A stretch of 47,975 nt of DNA from Betaproteobacteria bacterium (GTDB lineage: Bacteria > Pseudomonadota > Gammaproteobacteria > Burkholderiales > SG8-41): NCBI GenBank assembly GCA_029864385.1, contig JAOTTL010000003.1:1-47975 (forward strand), given 5' to 3'. Both the position numbers and the translations under genes were made by a program. How positions within the stretch are numbered: position 1 is the first letter of the stretch; each line of letters begins with the position of its first letter. Shown here in pieces: positions 1 through 8,731 of the stretch. The notes beneath the pieces are model-generated. The model was not told where the DNA came from and did not search any database. It saw only the letters and a program-made list of their open reading frames with translations.

Positions 1-24
1 CGACATTCGCTGGAGCCTTTTCGT

Positions 25-200
25 ATGTGGCCCGTGTTTCAAGCGCTACTGGCGATCATTTGTACCGCAGCCAGATCGCGGCTGTCGTTGCAGTTGGAAG
101 TGGTTGCCCTGCGGCATCAGCTGAGCGTCTATCGGCGATCGGTTGAGCGCCCGAGAATTCGGCCGGGAGACGGGGGTTCTACCTGGCATGGCCGTTCGAG
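25..200 (+). pseudogene. N-terminal remnant of an integrase-core (rve) transposase-like gene
   Basis: RSRLSLQLEVVALRHQLSVYRRSVERPRIRPGD resembles the N-terminus of rve integrase-core proteins (LQLENLALRHQL..L.R...RP); similarity breaks by frameshift near 172 and no catalytic domain follows. End coordinate approximate. Confidence 0.55.
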
Positions 201-539
201 AAGATTCGCCAGACAGTGCCTGGCGAATCTTCGGGCGCAGTATTGCCGTCGTCGTCAGCGCAGTTGAGGGGAATTCCAACTTACCCGATGGTGCGCGCTG
301 CTTTCCGCTCCCTTCGTCAGCCTACGTGCGTCTTCTTTCGGCCAAAAAAATGTGGGAATGGCTCACTACGCGGCCACTGGCCGAGCTAAATGGGTTGAAC
401 GCAGTGACACGGCGGAGACGAGCGCGGCTATCAAGCGTGGCGTCCGAGCCGCCGGACACGTTGAGCTAGCCTCTCCTCCCAAGTTCTGGTGTAGGTGGCA
501 GTGTAGGTCGAGAGAATTTCTTCCGATCTCTAGAGGGGA

Positions 540-587
540 AAGGTACTGCTGCATCATGGGCGTATGGCGCTCAAGGGGTTGCTGCAT
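540..587 (-). pseudogene. mutS: Truncated 5' end of mutS (16 codons); probable attachment site of an integrated element
   Basis: Minus strand ATG at 587 reads MQQPLERHTPMMQQYL. HTPMMQQYL is the conserved MutS N-terminal motif; similarity stops right after YL and the frame closes at 366. Confidence 0.75.
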
Positions 588-716
588 GTGGTGTATGGAC
601 GGCAGCGATACCGGGCGCCGGTATTTTGACACGTTGACCATCGATATTGTCGAAGAGCCAGCTCTGGCGAGCCGGGTAATGCTGCTAAAATTGCCCCCTC
701 ATCATTGCTGGCTTGA

Positions 717-1946
717 GTGACTATGAGAACCGGACATCGCGCGCTGGCGGTCCTGGTCTCCCTCTTCCTCCTTGCGGGAGGGCCTGTTTCCGGGGCGGCT
801 GCGGCGCAGCCGCAGAGCGATACCAACAAGGATTGGCAATTGCGCGTCAACTCGACCGCGCGGCTGATCGCGGGACTCGTCCCGACTCACCCGGACCATC
901 GCGCGCTCGCCGAGCGGCCGGATTGGAAGGCTCATAGCGCCAAGCTGCGGGCATCCTGGGCATGGCTGCGGGATCAGCAGATCGCGCCCCTGACGGCTTG
1001 GCGCAACGGGGCCGTGCCCCCGGTTTGTCCGGTTGGCAGCACGCTGCTCTACCCGTTCAGCGGCCCGGATTTTTTCAATGCCTACTGGTTGTTTCCCAAT
1101 TGCGAGGCCTATGTCCTGTTCGGGCTCGAGCCGATCGGCAGCCCGCCGGCGATCGAGACGATGAGCGATGTTCAGTTGGCGCGCCTGCTGACCGATGTCC
1201 GTGAAGCGATGGCCAATCTGCTTGCCCGCAACTACTTCGTCACGTCGAGAATGGACAAGCAGATGCAGGCCGAGGAACTCAACGGAGTGGTGCCGATCAT
1301 CATGATCTCGATGGCGCTTGCCGGTATCGAGGTCCTTCGCATCGCGCCGCTCACGCTGGGACGGGCCCAGCACGCAGCGTCGGAGGCGAATGCCGAGTCC
1401 ACCGTCCGGCCGCGGCGAAAGTTGAAAGGCGTCACGATCGAGTTCCGGCGGCTGGGTGCGCCCGTGCCGCAACGCTTGAACTACTTTTCCGTGGATGCTT
1501 CGAACGCGGGGATCGCTCGCAATCCGCAGTTCCGTGATTATCTGCGGGGGCTGGCACCGACGACAACCCTCATCAAGTCGGCGTCCTATCTTCTGCACGT
1601 GAGCGAGTTCAAAAGGCTGCGCCACGTGCTGCTCGACGTAAGCGGATTCCTGGTTCAGGACGACACAGGAGTGCCGTACGCGATGCTGGCCAAGCGCGGC
1701 TGGCAGTTGACCGTCTACGGCCGCTACGAAGTGCCGATTCCGCCGTTCGAGCGCCACTACCAGCCGGACCTGGCGGAGGCATTCGTCGTCACGAACCCCC
1801 AGCCGTTGTCGTTTCGTTTCGGCTACCGGCGCAGTATTCGCGATGACCGCTCCAACGTGATGGTCGCGCAAAGGACGCTGGCGCGGCGCCTGGGGCCGGA
1901 CAAGGACGCAGCGGGTGCGTCCGCGCCGGCGCAGCTCGGCCGGTAA
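717..1946 (+). CDS. Conserved hypothetical exported protein
   Basis: 409 aa ORF with signal-peptide-like N-terminus and motif-like blocks YPFSGPD, KSASYLLH, QDDTGVPY; start codon uncertain (717/723). Confidence 0.75.
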   Translation: MTMRTGHRALAVLVSLFLLAGGPVSGAAAAQPQSDTNKDWQLRVNSTARLIAGLVPTHPDHRALAERPDWKAHSAKLRASWAWLRDQQIAPLTAWRNGAVPPVCPVGSTLLYPFSGPDFFNAYWLFPNCEAYVLFGLEPIGSPPAIETMSDVQLARLLTDVREAMANLLARNYFVTSRMDKQMQAEELNGVVPIIMISMALAGIEVLRIAPLTLGRAQHAASEANAESTVRPRRKLKGVTIEFRRLGAPVPQRLNYFSVDASNAGIARNPQFRDYLRGLAPTTTLIKSASYLLHVSEFKRLRHVLLDVSGFLVQDDTGVPYAMLAKRGWQLTVYGRYEVPIPPFERHYQPDLAEAFVVTNPQPLSFRFGYRRSIRDDRSNVMVAQRTLARRLGPDKDAAGASAPAQLGR

Positions 1947-2026
1947 CGCGGCACCGCTTCGCGCCGCCATAGGCACTGCCGTGCGATGGCCCGCGCGGTC
2001 GCGTTGGAATGCGCTTTTTTTGCGCC

Positions 2027-2869
2027 ATGAGCGTGGAGATCCATAGTGCCACCTTTGTCACCTCGGACGGCGTGCGCCTGCGCGTGATGGAGGCGGGGCC
2101 GTGCGGGTCGGACAGCGCGGTCGCGGCGACGATTCCTGTGATGGCGTTCGTGCCCGGCTGGTCCATGCCGGCCGACATCTGGCAGCCGCAGCTGGCCGCG
2201 CTGGGTGCCAGCCATCGCGTTGCGGCGCTCGATCCCCGCGGCCAGGGCGAATCGGAAATACCGGCACGCGGTTTCGATATCGAACGGCGCGCGACCGATG
2301 TGCGCGAATTCGTCGCGCGCTATGAGCGTGTCGTGCTGGTGGGGTGGTCGCTCGGAGCGCTGGAAGCACTTCAATGTGTGCATCGCTATGGCGATGCCGG
2401 GCTCGAGGCGCTGGTGCTGGTCGATTCTTCGGTGGGTGAGGATCCCCCGCCGCTGCCCGCTGCCCAATTTATCGAGGCGCTCCAGCGGAACCGTCGCGCC
2501 ACGATCGAGGTGTTCGTGCGCGAGATGTTCAGTTCGCCCCGGACCACGCTCGAGCTTGACGCGCTGGCGGACGCTGCGTTGCGCATGCCGCTCGAAGCGA
2601 GCCTCGCGCTCTTTCCGCGCGGCATGCCGAGGGAACACTGGCGCGGTATCGTGCGCGCCTTCGGCAAGCCGCTGCTATACGTCGTCACGGAGCAACTTGC
2701 CGCGCAGGCCCAAAACCTCCTGCGCAATCGGCCCGGGACGCGCGTCGAGGTGTTCGAGACGGCCGGGCATGCGCTCTTCGTCGACGAGGCCGATCGCTTC
2801 AACCGGCTGCTGGTCGCCTTTGTCGACGAGATCGCCGCGGCCGCGCGCCAGGCACCCTCTCGCGCGTGA
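2027..2869 (+). CDS. Alpha/beta hydrolase
   Basis: FVPGW oxyanion region, DPRGQGES, nucleophile elbow GWSLG, C-terminal GH (TAGHALF). Confidence 0.88.
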   Translation: MSVEIHSATFVTSDGVRLRVMEAGPCGSDSAVAATIPVMAFVPGWSMPADIWQPQLAALGASHRVAALDPRGQGESEIPARGFDIERRATDVREFVARYERVVLVGWSLGALEALQCVHRYGDAGLEALVLVDSSVGEDPPPLPAAQFIEALQRNRRATIEVFVREMFSSPRTTLELDALADAALRMPLEASLALFPRGMPREHWRGIVRAFGKPLLYVVTEQLAAQAQNLLRNRPGTRVEVFETAGHALFVDEADRFNRLLVAFVDEIAAAARQAPSRA

Positions 2870-3001
2870 GTCGGTCCTCGCGAACCCGTGTTTGCGGGTG
2901 CGCCATCTTTTTCTTGCAACATTTCGGGACGAGGCTTTCCACCCCGCAGGGGCGATCGCCCCGGCCGGAGGGAGTACAATCCGCCCGTGCAATCAAGCGC
3001 G

Positions 3002-3721
3002 GTGAAGTTATGGCGAGTGATCGCGCTCAAGGTGCGAGCCGCGATCTGTGTGTCGGCCATATCGGCGCTCGCCGGCTGCACTCCCGCGCAGCAGCTGCTG
3101 TTTAGCTTGATTCCCGATGGCACCTTTCCGATTCTGCTCAGCCACCTCGAGAAGACGAGCGAGACCAACCGCCGCCGCGTGGCCGAGCTCGACGCGCGCG
3201 GTGACTGGACCGGCCTGGTGCAGTTCGCCGAGGAGAACCTGGCGCATGACCGCTCCAATACGGACTGGTGGATGGTCAAGGGCTATGCCTATATGCAACT
3301 CGGGCGGCACGAGCAGGCGGCCGAGTGCTATGCGGAGATTGTGCGGCTCAGGCCCGACGATATGCTCGGGTGGAATCTGCTGGCGGAGTCCCAGCGCGCA
3401 GCGCGGCAGCCGCAGCGCGCCGCGCAGACGCTCAACAACGCTTTGCTCATCCGCCAGGACTCGCCGGCGACGTGGTATCTGCTGGGCGAGAGCTACACCG
3501 ATCTCGGACGCTACCAGCCCGCAGCGTTGGCCTATCGGCAAGCCGTGCGATTGAACCGCGAATTTGCGCAGGCCTGGTACGGGCTTGGGCGCTCCTATGC
3601 CCGACAGGGACGTCAGGCCGACTTCGAGCAGATCGTTCACACGCTGGCGAGCCTCAACCCGCCGCTGGCGCAACAGCTGGCAAAGGAGCGGCCGGCGCGT
3701 GAAGTACCCCGAACACCCTAA
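3002..3721 (+). CDS. TPR-repeat lipoprotein
   Basis: Lipobox LAGC after a hydrophobic stretch; several TPR units (WYLLGESY, AWYGLGRSY). GTG start at 3002 inferred. Confidence 0.8.
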   Translation: MKLWRVIALKVRAAICVSAISALAGCTPAQQLLFSLIPDGTFPILLSHLEKTSETNRRRVAELDARGDWTGLVQFAEENLAHDRSNTDWWMVKGYAYMQLGRHEQAAECYAEIVRLRPDDMLGWNLLAESQRAARQPQRAAQTLNNALLIRQDSPATWYLLGESYTDLGRYQPAALAYRQAVRLNREFAQAWYGLGRSYARQGRQADFEQIVHTLASLNPPLAQQLAKERPAREVPRTP

Positions 3722-3727
3722 ACCACC

Positions 3728-3982
3728 TTAGCCGCAGATAAACGCAGATAAACGCAGATACAGCTCAAGAACCCTTCTGCCTTGTTGTTTCTAGCCTCCG
3801 ATCGATGCCTCTGTGTACGGGTGTGTAGTGAATGGTGAGTAGACTGACCCGTCAGTCATCACCAGTTGCTCGTCACGGATTTGATCGGCGTTCATCGGCG
3901 TGTATCTGCGGCTAATTCGCGGTTTTCAAACGCGGCTCGACTCACGATTCACCATTCACGATTCACGGAATTGATCGTGAGT
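3728..3982. repeat. Interleaved tandem-repeat hairpins (10-mer and 7-mer arms)
   Basis: TTAGCCGCAGATA 3728-3740 is the perfect inverse of TATCTGCGGCTAA 3903-3915, each continued by 10-nt units; GTGAATGGTGA 3828-3838 pairs with TCACCATTCAC 3949-3959 inside a TCACGAT-type 7-mer run. Confidence 0.85.
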
Positions 3983-3989
3983 TAGTGCG

Positions 3990-4790
3990 TCAGCCGCGCT
4001 GGAGCGCGGGCGTTAGGTGCGGCGACAGCGCCTGGAGCAGCTGGACAAAAACTTTCGGCGCGCCGGCCACGATGTTGCCGGTCTGTATGTAATCGGGCTC
4101 GCCCCGCAGGTCGCCCACCAGGCCGCCGGCTTCGGAGATGAGGAGCGAACCCGCCGCAATGTCCCAAGGGCTCAGCCCAAACTCCCAGAACCCGTCGAGC
4201 CTGCCCGCCGCCACGTAGGCGAGATCGAGGGCCGCAGAGCCCGCGCGCCGGATCCCGGCCGAGTTCTTCATTATGTCGCGCAAGATCGCGAGATAGACCT
4301 CCAGGTGCTCGAGTTGTCGGAATGGGAAGCCGGTTCCGATCAGGGCGGACTTCAGGCTCACGCGCTTGCTCACGCGCATGCGCTGGTCGTTGAGAAAGGC
4401 GCCGCGCCCGCGCGATGCGGTGAACAGATCATTGCGGCCGGGATCGTAGACGACGGCCTGCGTGACGGTGCCCTTGTGTACAAGCGCGATCGCGACAGCG
4501 TATTGGGGAAAGCCGTGGATGAAATTCGTCGTTCCGTCGAGCGGATCGATGACCCACTGGTAATCCGACTGGCCGGACGCGCCGCTCTCTTCTGCTAGAA
4601 TCGCGTGATCGGGGTAGGCTTCGCGCAGCGTGCGAATGATCGACTGCTCTGCTTCACGATCGACGTCCGAAACGAAATCGTTCGCTGCTTTCTCCTGGAA
4701 GCTGACGATGTCCAGATTGCGGGTCGCGCGGTTGATAATGCCGCCGGCACGCCGCGCCGCCTTGACCGCGATGTTGAGCATTGGATGCAT
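3990..4790 (-). CDS. suhB: Inositol monophosphatase SuhB
   Basis: [16 protein letters not shown] start, [12 protein letters not shown] and [10 protein letters not shown] motifs; divergent from trmJ. Confidence 0.95.
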   Translation of the reverse strand: MHPMLNIAVKAARRAGGIINRATRNLDIVSFQEKAANDFVSDVDREAEQSIIRTLREAYPDHAILAEESGASGQSDYQWVIDPLDGTTNFIHGFPQYAVAIALVHKGTVTQAVVYDPGRNDLFTASRGRGAFLNDQRMRVSKRVSLKSALIGTGFPFRQLEHLEVYLAILRDIMKNSAGIRRAGSAALDLAYVAAGRLDGFWEFGLSPWDIAAGSLLISEAGGLVGDLRGEPDYIQTGNIVAGAPKVFVQLLQALSPHLTPALQRG

Positions 4791-4798
4791 GGTCGGCG

Positions 4799-4834
4799 AA
4801 GGAGTTTGTCAGGCTTGGCGCCGACAAACTCCTT
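4799..4834. repeat. 36-bp REP/MITE-like palindrome, copy 1
   Basis: AAGGAGTTTGTC-N12-GACAAACTCCTT; the same arms recur at 35548-35583. Confidence 0.85.
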
Positions 4835-5009
4835 AATATGATGACGTTGGATACGGTGCGGTCTTGCAGTCTGTGGCCGGTCAGGCCTCGAGGCTCGACG
4901 GGCTGCCAGGTTGATGAATGCCATATTCTAAGGGAATACAGTGATTATCGGCGGCGTTTCAGTGTCTAGCGCGCGTGATTACCGCCTATAGTCGAATGGC
5001 AGGTGCGGG

Positions 5010-5753
5010 GTGAGCGCCGCCGATAAGCTCAAAAGCATTCGCATCGTGCTTTGCGGAACGGTGCATCCCGGCAATATCGGCGCCGCCGCACGTGCATTGA
5101 AAACGATGGGGCTTGGGCAGCTCCATCTCGTCTCGCCCGTCTGTTTTCCCCATCCGCAGGCGGAGTGGCTCGCCGTGGGCGCGGTCGACGTGCTACGGCG
5201 CGCCAAGGTGTGTGCGACCCTCGACGAGGCGCTCAGCGGTGTTGTGTTTTCGGTCGCCTGCACCGCGCGCACGCGCGAGCTCGCTGTGCCGATGGTGACG
5301 GCGCGGGAGGCCGCGGCCCGCGTCATCCGGCGCGCGCGCGGCGGGACGGTCGCGCTCGTCTTCGGCAACGAAACCTTCGGGCTCACGGGCGAGGAGGTCG
5401 GCAAGTGCCGCCTGCTCGCGACGATTCCCGCCGATTCGCGCTACCCCTCGCTCAACCTCGGTGCGGCGGTGCAGGTCTTCTGCTACGAGCTGCGGCAAGC
5501 GGCGCTGGGCGATCGCGCGCCGCGCGCGAGGCAACCCCCGCCGGTGCCTCACGAGGAGGTCGAGCGCTTCTTGGCCTACCTCGAGCGGACGATGATCGAG
5601 ACTGGATTCCTCGACCCGAAACATCCCAAGCGGCTGATGCCGCGGTTGCGACGCCTGTTCTCGCGCGCGCAACTCGAGAAGGACGAGGACAATATTCTGC
5701 GCGGGTTGTTCGAGGTACTGCGGCGGCCCAAGGCTCGCTCGAAAGTTGACTAA
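5010..5753 (+). CDS. trmJ: tRNA (C32/U32)-2'-O-methyltransferase, SPOUT family
   Basis: HPGNIGAAARALKTMG, VFGNETFGLT, YPSLNLGAAVQV; conserved position between suhB and cysE/iscR. Confidence 0.92.
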   Translation: MSAADKLKSIRIVLCGTVHPGNIGAAARALKTMGLGQLHLVSPVCFPHPQAEWLAVGAVDVLRRAKVCATLDEALSGVVFSVACTARTRELAVPMVTAREAAARVIRRARGGTVALVFGNETFGLTGEEVGKCRLLATIPADSRYPSLNLGAAVQVFCYELRQAALGDRAPRARQPPPVPHEEVERFLAYLERTMIETGFLDPKHPKRLMPRLRRLFSRAQLEKDEDNILRGLFEVLRRPKARSKVD

Positions 5754-5766
5754 ATTAGTAGGATAT
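5742..5766 (+). promoter_or_regulatory. Putative IscR type-1 operator upstream of cysE
   Basis: AAAGTTGACTAAATTAGTAGGATAT resembles the 25-bp type-1 site (ATASYYGACTRwwwYAGTCRRSTAT); overlaps the trmJ stop codon. Confidence 0.6.
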
Positions 5767-5802
5767 CGTAAGCTGCGCGCCCTGATCATTGATTCGTAAA
5801 CG

Positions 5803-6531
5803 ATGTTTTCCCGTATCAGAGAAGAGATCGCGGTCGTTTTTGAGCGTGATCCAGCCGCTCGTAACACCTGGGAGGTGATTACGTGCTACCCCGGCTTCCA
5901 CGCCATGTTGTTCCATCGTCCCGCCCATTGGCTGTGGATGGCGGGATTCAAGTGGATGGCGCGACTGGTTTCGCACGTCGCGAGATGGCTGACGGGAATC
6001 GAGATTCATCCGGGTGCCACCATCGGACGGCGTTTTTTTATCGATCACGGCATGGGCGTTGTCATTGGCGAGACGGCTGAGATTGGAGACGACTGCACGC
6101 TCTACCACGGCGTAACCCTTGGCGGGACTTCCTGGGAGAAGGGCAAGCGTCATCCCACCCTCGGAAAAGGCGTCGTTATCGGCGCCGGCGCGAAGATACT
6201 GGGTCCGATCATGATCGGTGACGGGGCCCGGATCGGGTCGAACGCGGTGGTGGTGAAGGAGGTGCCGCCCGGCGCCACGGCGATCGGCATCCCGGCGCGC
6301 ATCGCGGAAACGGCGGGGGCAGCACCGAACGGCCGCTTCGCTGCCTATGCCGTGGCGAAGGATCTCAACGATCCGGTGGCGAAAGCGATTCACGAGCTAA
6401 TCGACCATTGCGTGGAGAACGACAAGCGTATCGACCAGATCCTTGTCGAGCTGCAGCGCCTTGGCTGCAAGGTCGAGGGACAGGAGGGTGCCCAACTTGA
6501 CGCGAGCCATCTCAATAAAATGGTTGACTAA
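5803..6531 (+). CDS. cysE: Serine O-acetyltransferase
   Basis: [39 protein letters not shown] hexapeptide repeats. Confidence 0.96.
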   Translation: MFSRIREEIAVVFERDPAARNTWEVITCYPGFHAMLFHRPAHWLWMAGFKWMARLVSHVARWLTGIEIHPGATIGRRFFIDHGMGVVIGETAEIGDDCTLYHGVTLGGTSWEKGKRHPTLGKGVVIGAGAKILGPIMIGDGARIGSNAVVVKEVPPGATAIGIPARIAETAGAAPNGRFAAYAVAKDLNDPVAKAIHELIDHCVENDKRIDQILVELQRLGCKVEGQEGAQLDASHLNKMVD

Positions 6532-6574
6532 AACGCTCGGGTAAGCTATAAACTTGAGCGAATTACCAGAACAT
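6520..6574 (+). promoter_or_regulatory. Putative tandem IscR type-1 operators / iscR promoter
   Basis: ATGGTTGACTAAAACGCTCGGGTAA (6520-6544) and AAACTTGAGCGAATTACCAGAACAT (6550-6574), arranged like the tandem autoregulatory sites of PiscR; AT-rich region. Confidence 0.65.
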
Positions 6575-6622
6575 TGCGCCCTAAAAATATCTGTTTTATT
6601 TCAATACATTAAGAGGCGGAAT

Positions 6623-7105
6623 ATGAGACTGACGACAAAAGGCCGGTTCGCGGTTACTGCGATGATGGATCTGGCGATGCACCATGGCAGCGGTCCGGTA
6701 ACGCTGGCCGAAATCAGTGGTCGGCAAAAGATTTCGCTGTCGTATCTGGAGCAGTTATTTGGCAAGCTGCGGCGGCACCAGTTGGTCGAGAGTGTGCGCG
6801 GGCCGGGTGGCGGCTATTGCCTCGCGAAGGAGACGGGTGACTTGACGGTTGCCGACATCATCCTGGCGGTGGATGAGCCGATCGACGCCACTCAATGCGG
6901 CGGCAAGGAGAACTGCCGCGACGAGCAGAAGTGCTTGACCCACGACTTGTGGGCAACGCTGAACGAGCGCATTTTCGACTACTTGGGGTCCGTGACATTG
7001 CGCCAGCTCGTCGAGTCGCACAAAGCCAAAGAAGCGGGCGTGGCGCAGGTTCATGACATGCGAGAAGCGCCGCACAAGCGCACGCCGAGCGCCGTTTCGG
7101 CATAG
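6623..7105 (+). CDS. iscR: Fe-S cluster assembly transcription factor IscR
   Basis: MRLTTKGRFAVTAM, SLSYLEQLF, SVRGPGGGY; ligands C-x5-C-x5-C-x2-H (TQCGGKENCRDEQKCLTH). Confidence 0.96.
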   Translation: MRLTTKGRFAVTAMMDLAMHHGSGPVTLAEISGRQKISLSYLEQLFGKLRRHQLVESVRGPGGGYCLAKETGDLTVADIILAVDEPIDATQCGGKENCRDEQKCLTHDLWATLNERIFDYLGSVTLRQLVESHKAKEAGVAQVHDMREAPHKRTPSAVSA

Positions 7106-7144
7106 ATCGGCGCCGTGGAGCGAGCCCAGGCAGGGACGCTGACG

Positions 7145-8290
7145 ATGGAGCACGTTTACTTCGATCACAACGCGACAACGCCGCTCGATGACACGGTGTT
7201 CGAGGCGATGCTGCCGTACTTTCGCGGCCGCTACGGCAATGCGTCCAGCCGCCACGAGCTGGGAACCGGTGCGCGCAAGGCCGTGAATATTGCGCGCGAG
7301 CAGGTCGCCGCACTGGTCAACGTGCAACCCGCGCAGGTCACTTTTGTCTCGGGCGGGACCGAAGCCAACAATTTCTTCATCAAGGGCGCCGCGGGCTATC
7401 TCAAGCCCATGCAGATTGCTGTGAGCGGCGTCGAGCACCCGTGCGTGGCGAAACCGGCGCAGGAGATTGCGCGCCAGGGTTGGAAATTGCGCCGGCTCGC
7501 CGTCGGCGCGGACGGCCGGGCGGATCTTGCCGACGTGGACGAGGCGCTCAAGGAGCCGACCGGGATCGTATCGCTGATGCTGGCAAACAACGAGACGGGC
7601 GTAATCCAGCCGGTAGCCGAAGTGGCGGAGCGGGCGCGCCGTGCGAAAGCCTGGATGCACACCGACGCGGTCCAGGCACTCGGCAAGATCGCGGTCGACT
7701 TCGACGCGCTCGGGGTGCACGCGATGACGCTCTCCGCCCACAAGCTCTACGGTCCCAAGGGGGCCGGCGCACTGATCATGGACAAGCGGCTGCAACTTCG
7801 CCCGCTCATCCATGGCGGCGGTCATGAGCACGGATTGCGTTCGGGCACTGAGAACGTGCCGGCGATCGCGGGATTTGGCGCCGCTTGCGAGCTGGCAGCG
7901 TCACGGCTCGAGACAATCGGTCCCCGGCTCGAACAGCTGCGGGGGCGGCTCGAGCAGGGTCTGCATGGCTTAGGCGCCGTCATCTTCGGGGCACGCGCAC
8001 CGCGGATTTCCAACACGTCCTACTTTGCGTTCAAGGGCGTCGTGGGGGAAACCCTCGTCATCGAGCTCGACAAGTCCGGCTTCGCGGTAGCCCCGGGCGC
8101 CGCTTGTTCCAGCGCGAACCCTGAGCCATCAGCGACCCTGCTCGCAATGGGCGTCGAACCGGAGTTCGCGCGGGGCGCGGTACGGTTCTCCCTTGGCGTC
8201 GGCAATACACAGCAGGAAGTCGACGAATTCCTCCGGGCGCTAAAGACCGTCCTGTCCCGTTTGAAGAGCTTGACGGCGATGTCGGTCTAG
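7145..8290 (+). CDS. iscS: Group I cysteine desulfurase (IscS/NifS-like)
   Basis: YFDHNATTP, HTDAVQ, SAHKLYGPKG (PLP lysine), RSGTENV, GAACSS catalytic Cys. Confidence 0.88.
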   Translation: MEHVYFDHNATTPLDDTVFEAMLPYFRGRYGNASSRHELGTGARKAVNIAREQVAALVNVQPAQVTFVSGGTEANNFFIKGAAGYLKPMQIAVSGVEHPCVAKPAQEIARQGWKLRRLAVGADGRADLADVDEALKEPTGIVSLMLANNETGVIQPVAEVAERARRAKAWMHTDAVQALGKIAVDFDALGVHAMTLSAHKLYGPKGAGALIMDKRLQLRPLIHGGGHEHGLRSGTENVPAIAGFGAACELAASRLETIGPRLEQLRGRLEQGLHGLGAVIFGARAPRISNTSYFAFKGVVGETLVIELDKSGFAVAPGAACSSANPEPSATLLAMGVEPEFARGAVRFSLGVGNTQQEVDEFLRALKTVLSRLKSLTAMSV

Positions 8291-8312
8291 TGTTGGTGAC
8301 GAGTGAATTGAC

Positions 8313-8657
8313 ATGGCGATACAACTGACGGAAAACGCGGCGAAGCAGATCAAGGCGCAGCTCGCCAAACGGGGCCGCGGATTGGGACTGCGGGTGGGTG
8401 TAAAGACCGTTGGCTGCTCGGGCTACGCTTACACCTACGACTATGCCGACGAAGTTCGCGCTGGCGATCAGCTCTTCGAGGCGCACGATGCCAGGCTCGT
8501 GATCGATGCGAAGAGCGTGGAATTTCTGGAGGGCTCCACGCTCGACTTCGTCAAGGAAGGGCTAAAGCAGGTGTTCAAGTTTCATAACCCAAACGTTGAT
8601 GCGACCTGCGGCTGCGGCGAGAGCTTCAGCGTCCGGACGGAAGACAGTAAACGGTAA
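8313..8657 (+). CDS. iscA: A-type Fe-S carrier (IscA/SufA)
   Basis: GCSG and CGCGESF motifs. Confidence 0.9.
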   Translation: MAIQLTENAAKQIKAQLAKRGRGLGLRVGVKTVGCSGYAYTYDYADEVRAGDQLFEAHDARLVIDAKSVEFLEGSTLDFVKEGLKQVFKFHNPNVDATCGCGESFSVRTEDSKR

Positions 8658-8719
8658 ACGGTAATCGGCGAAGCGCGGTGAAAACGATGTGGGTTGCGTC
8701 CATTCATCATTCACGCATT
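8646..8719. repeat. Degenerate 7-mer tandem-repeat hairpin at the iscA/sufB junction
   Basis: AGTAAAC-GGTAAAC-GGTAATC-GGCGAAG, then CATTCAT-CATTCAC on the other side; contains the iscA stop codon. Confidence 0.55.
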
Positions 8720-8731
8720 TGAGAAAAAGTA

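Noticed and set aside
366-641. 91-aa ORF as a real protein
   Set aside because: Only codons 19-34 are MutS-like; the rest appears to be read-through into foreign DNA.
702-1976. Long antisense or alternative-frame ORFs (e.g. 702-1976, 8711-9766, 31157-32407, 38803-39798)
   Set aside because: They shadow well-supported genes and are expected in high-GC DNA; no recognisable motifs.
7145-8290. Cysteine desulfurase as DndA partner of the DGQHR protein
   Set aside because: It sits in the iscR operon and no dndCDE genes are present in the window.
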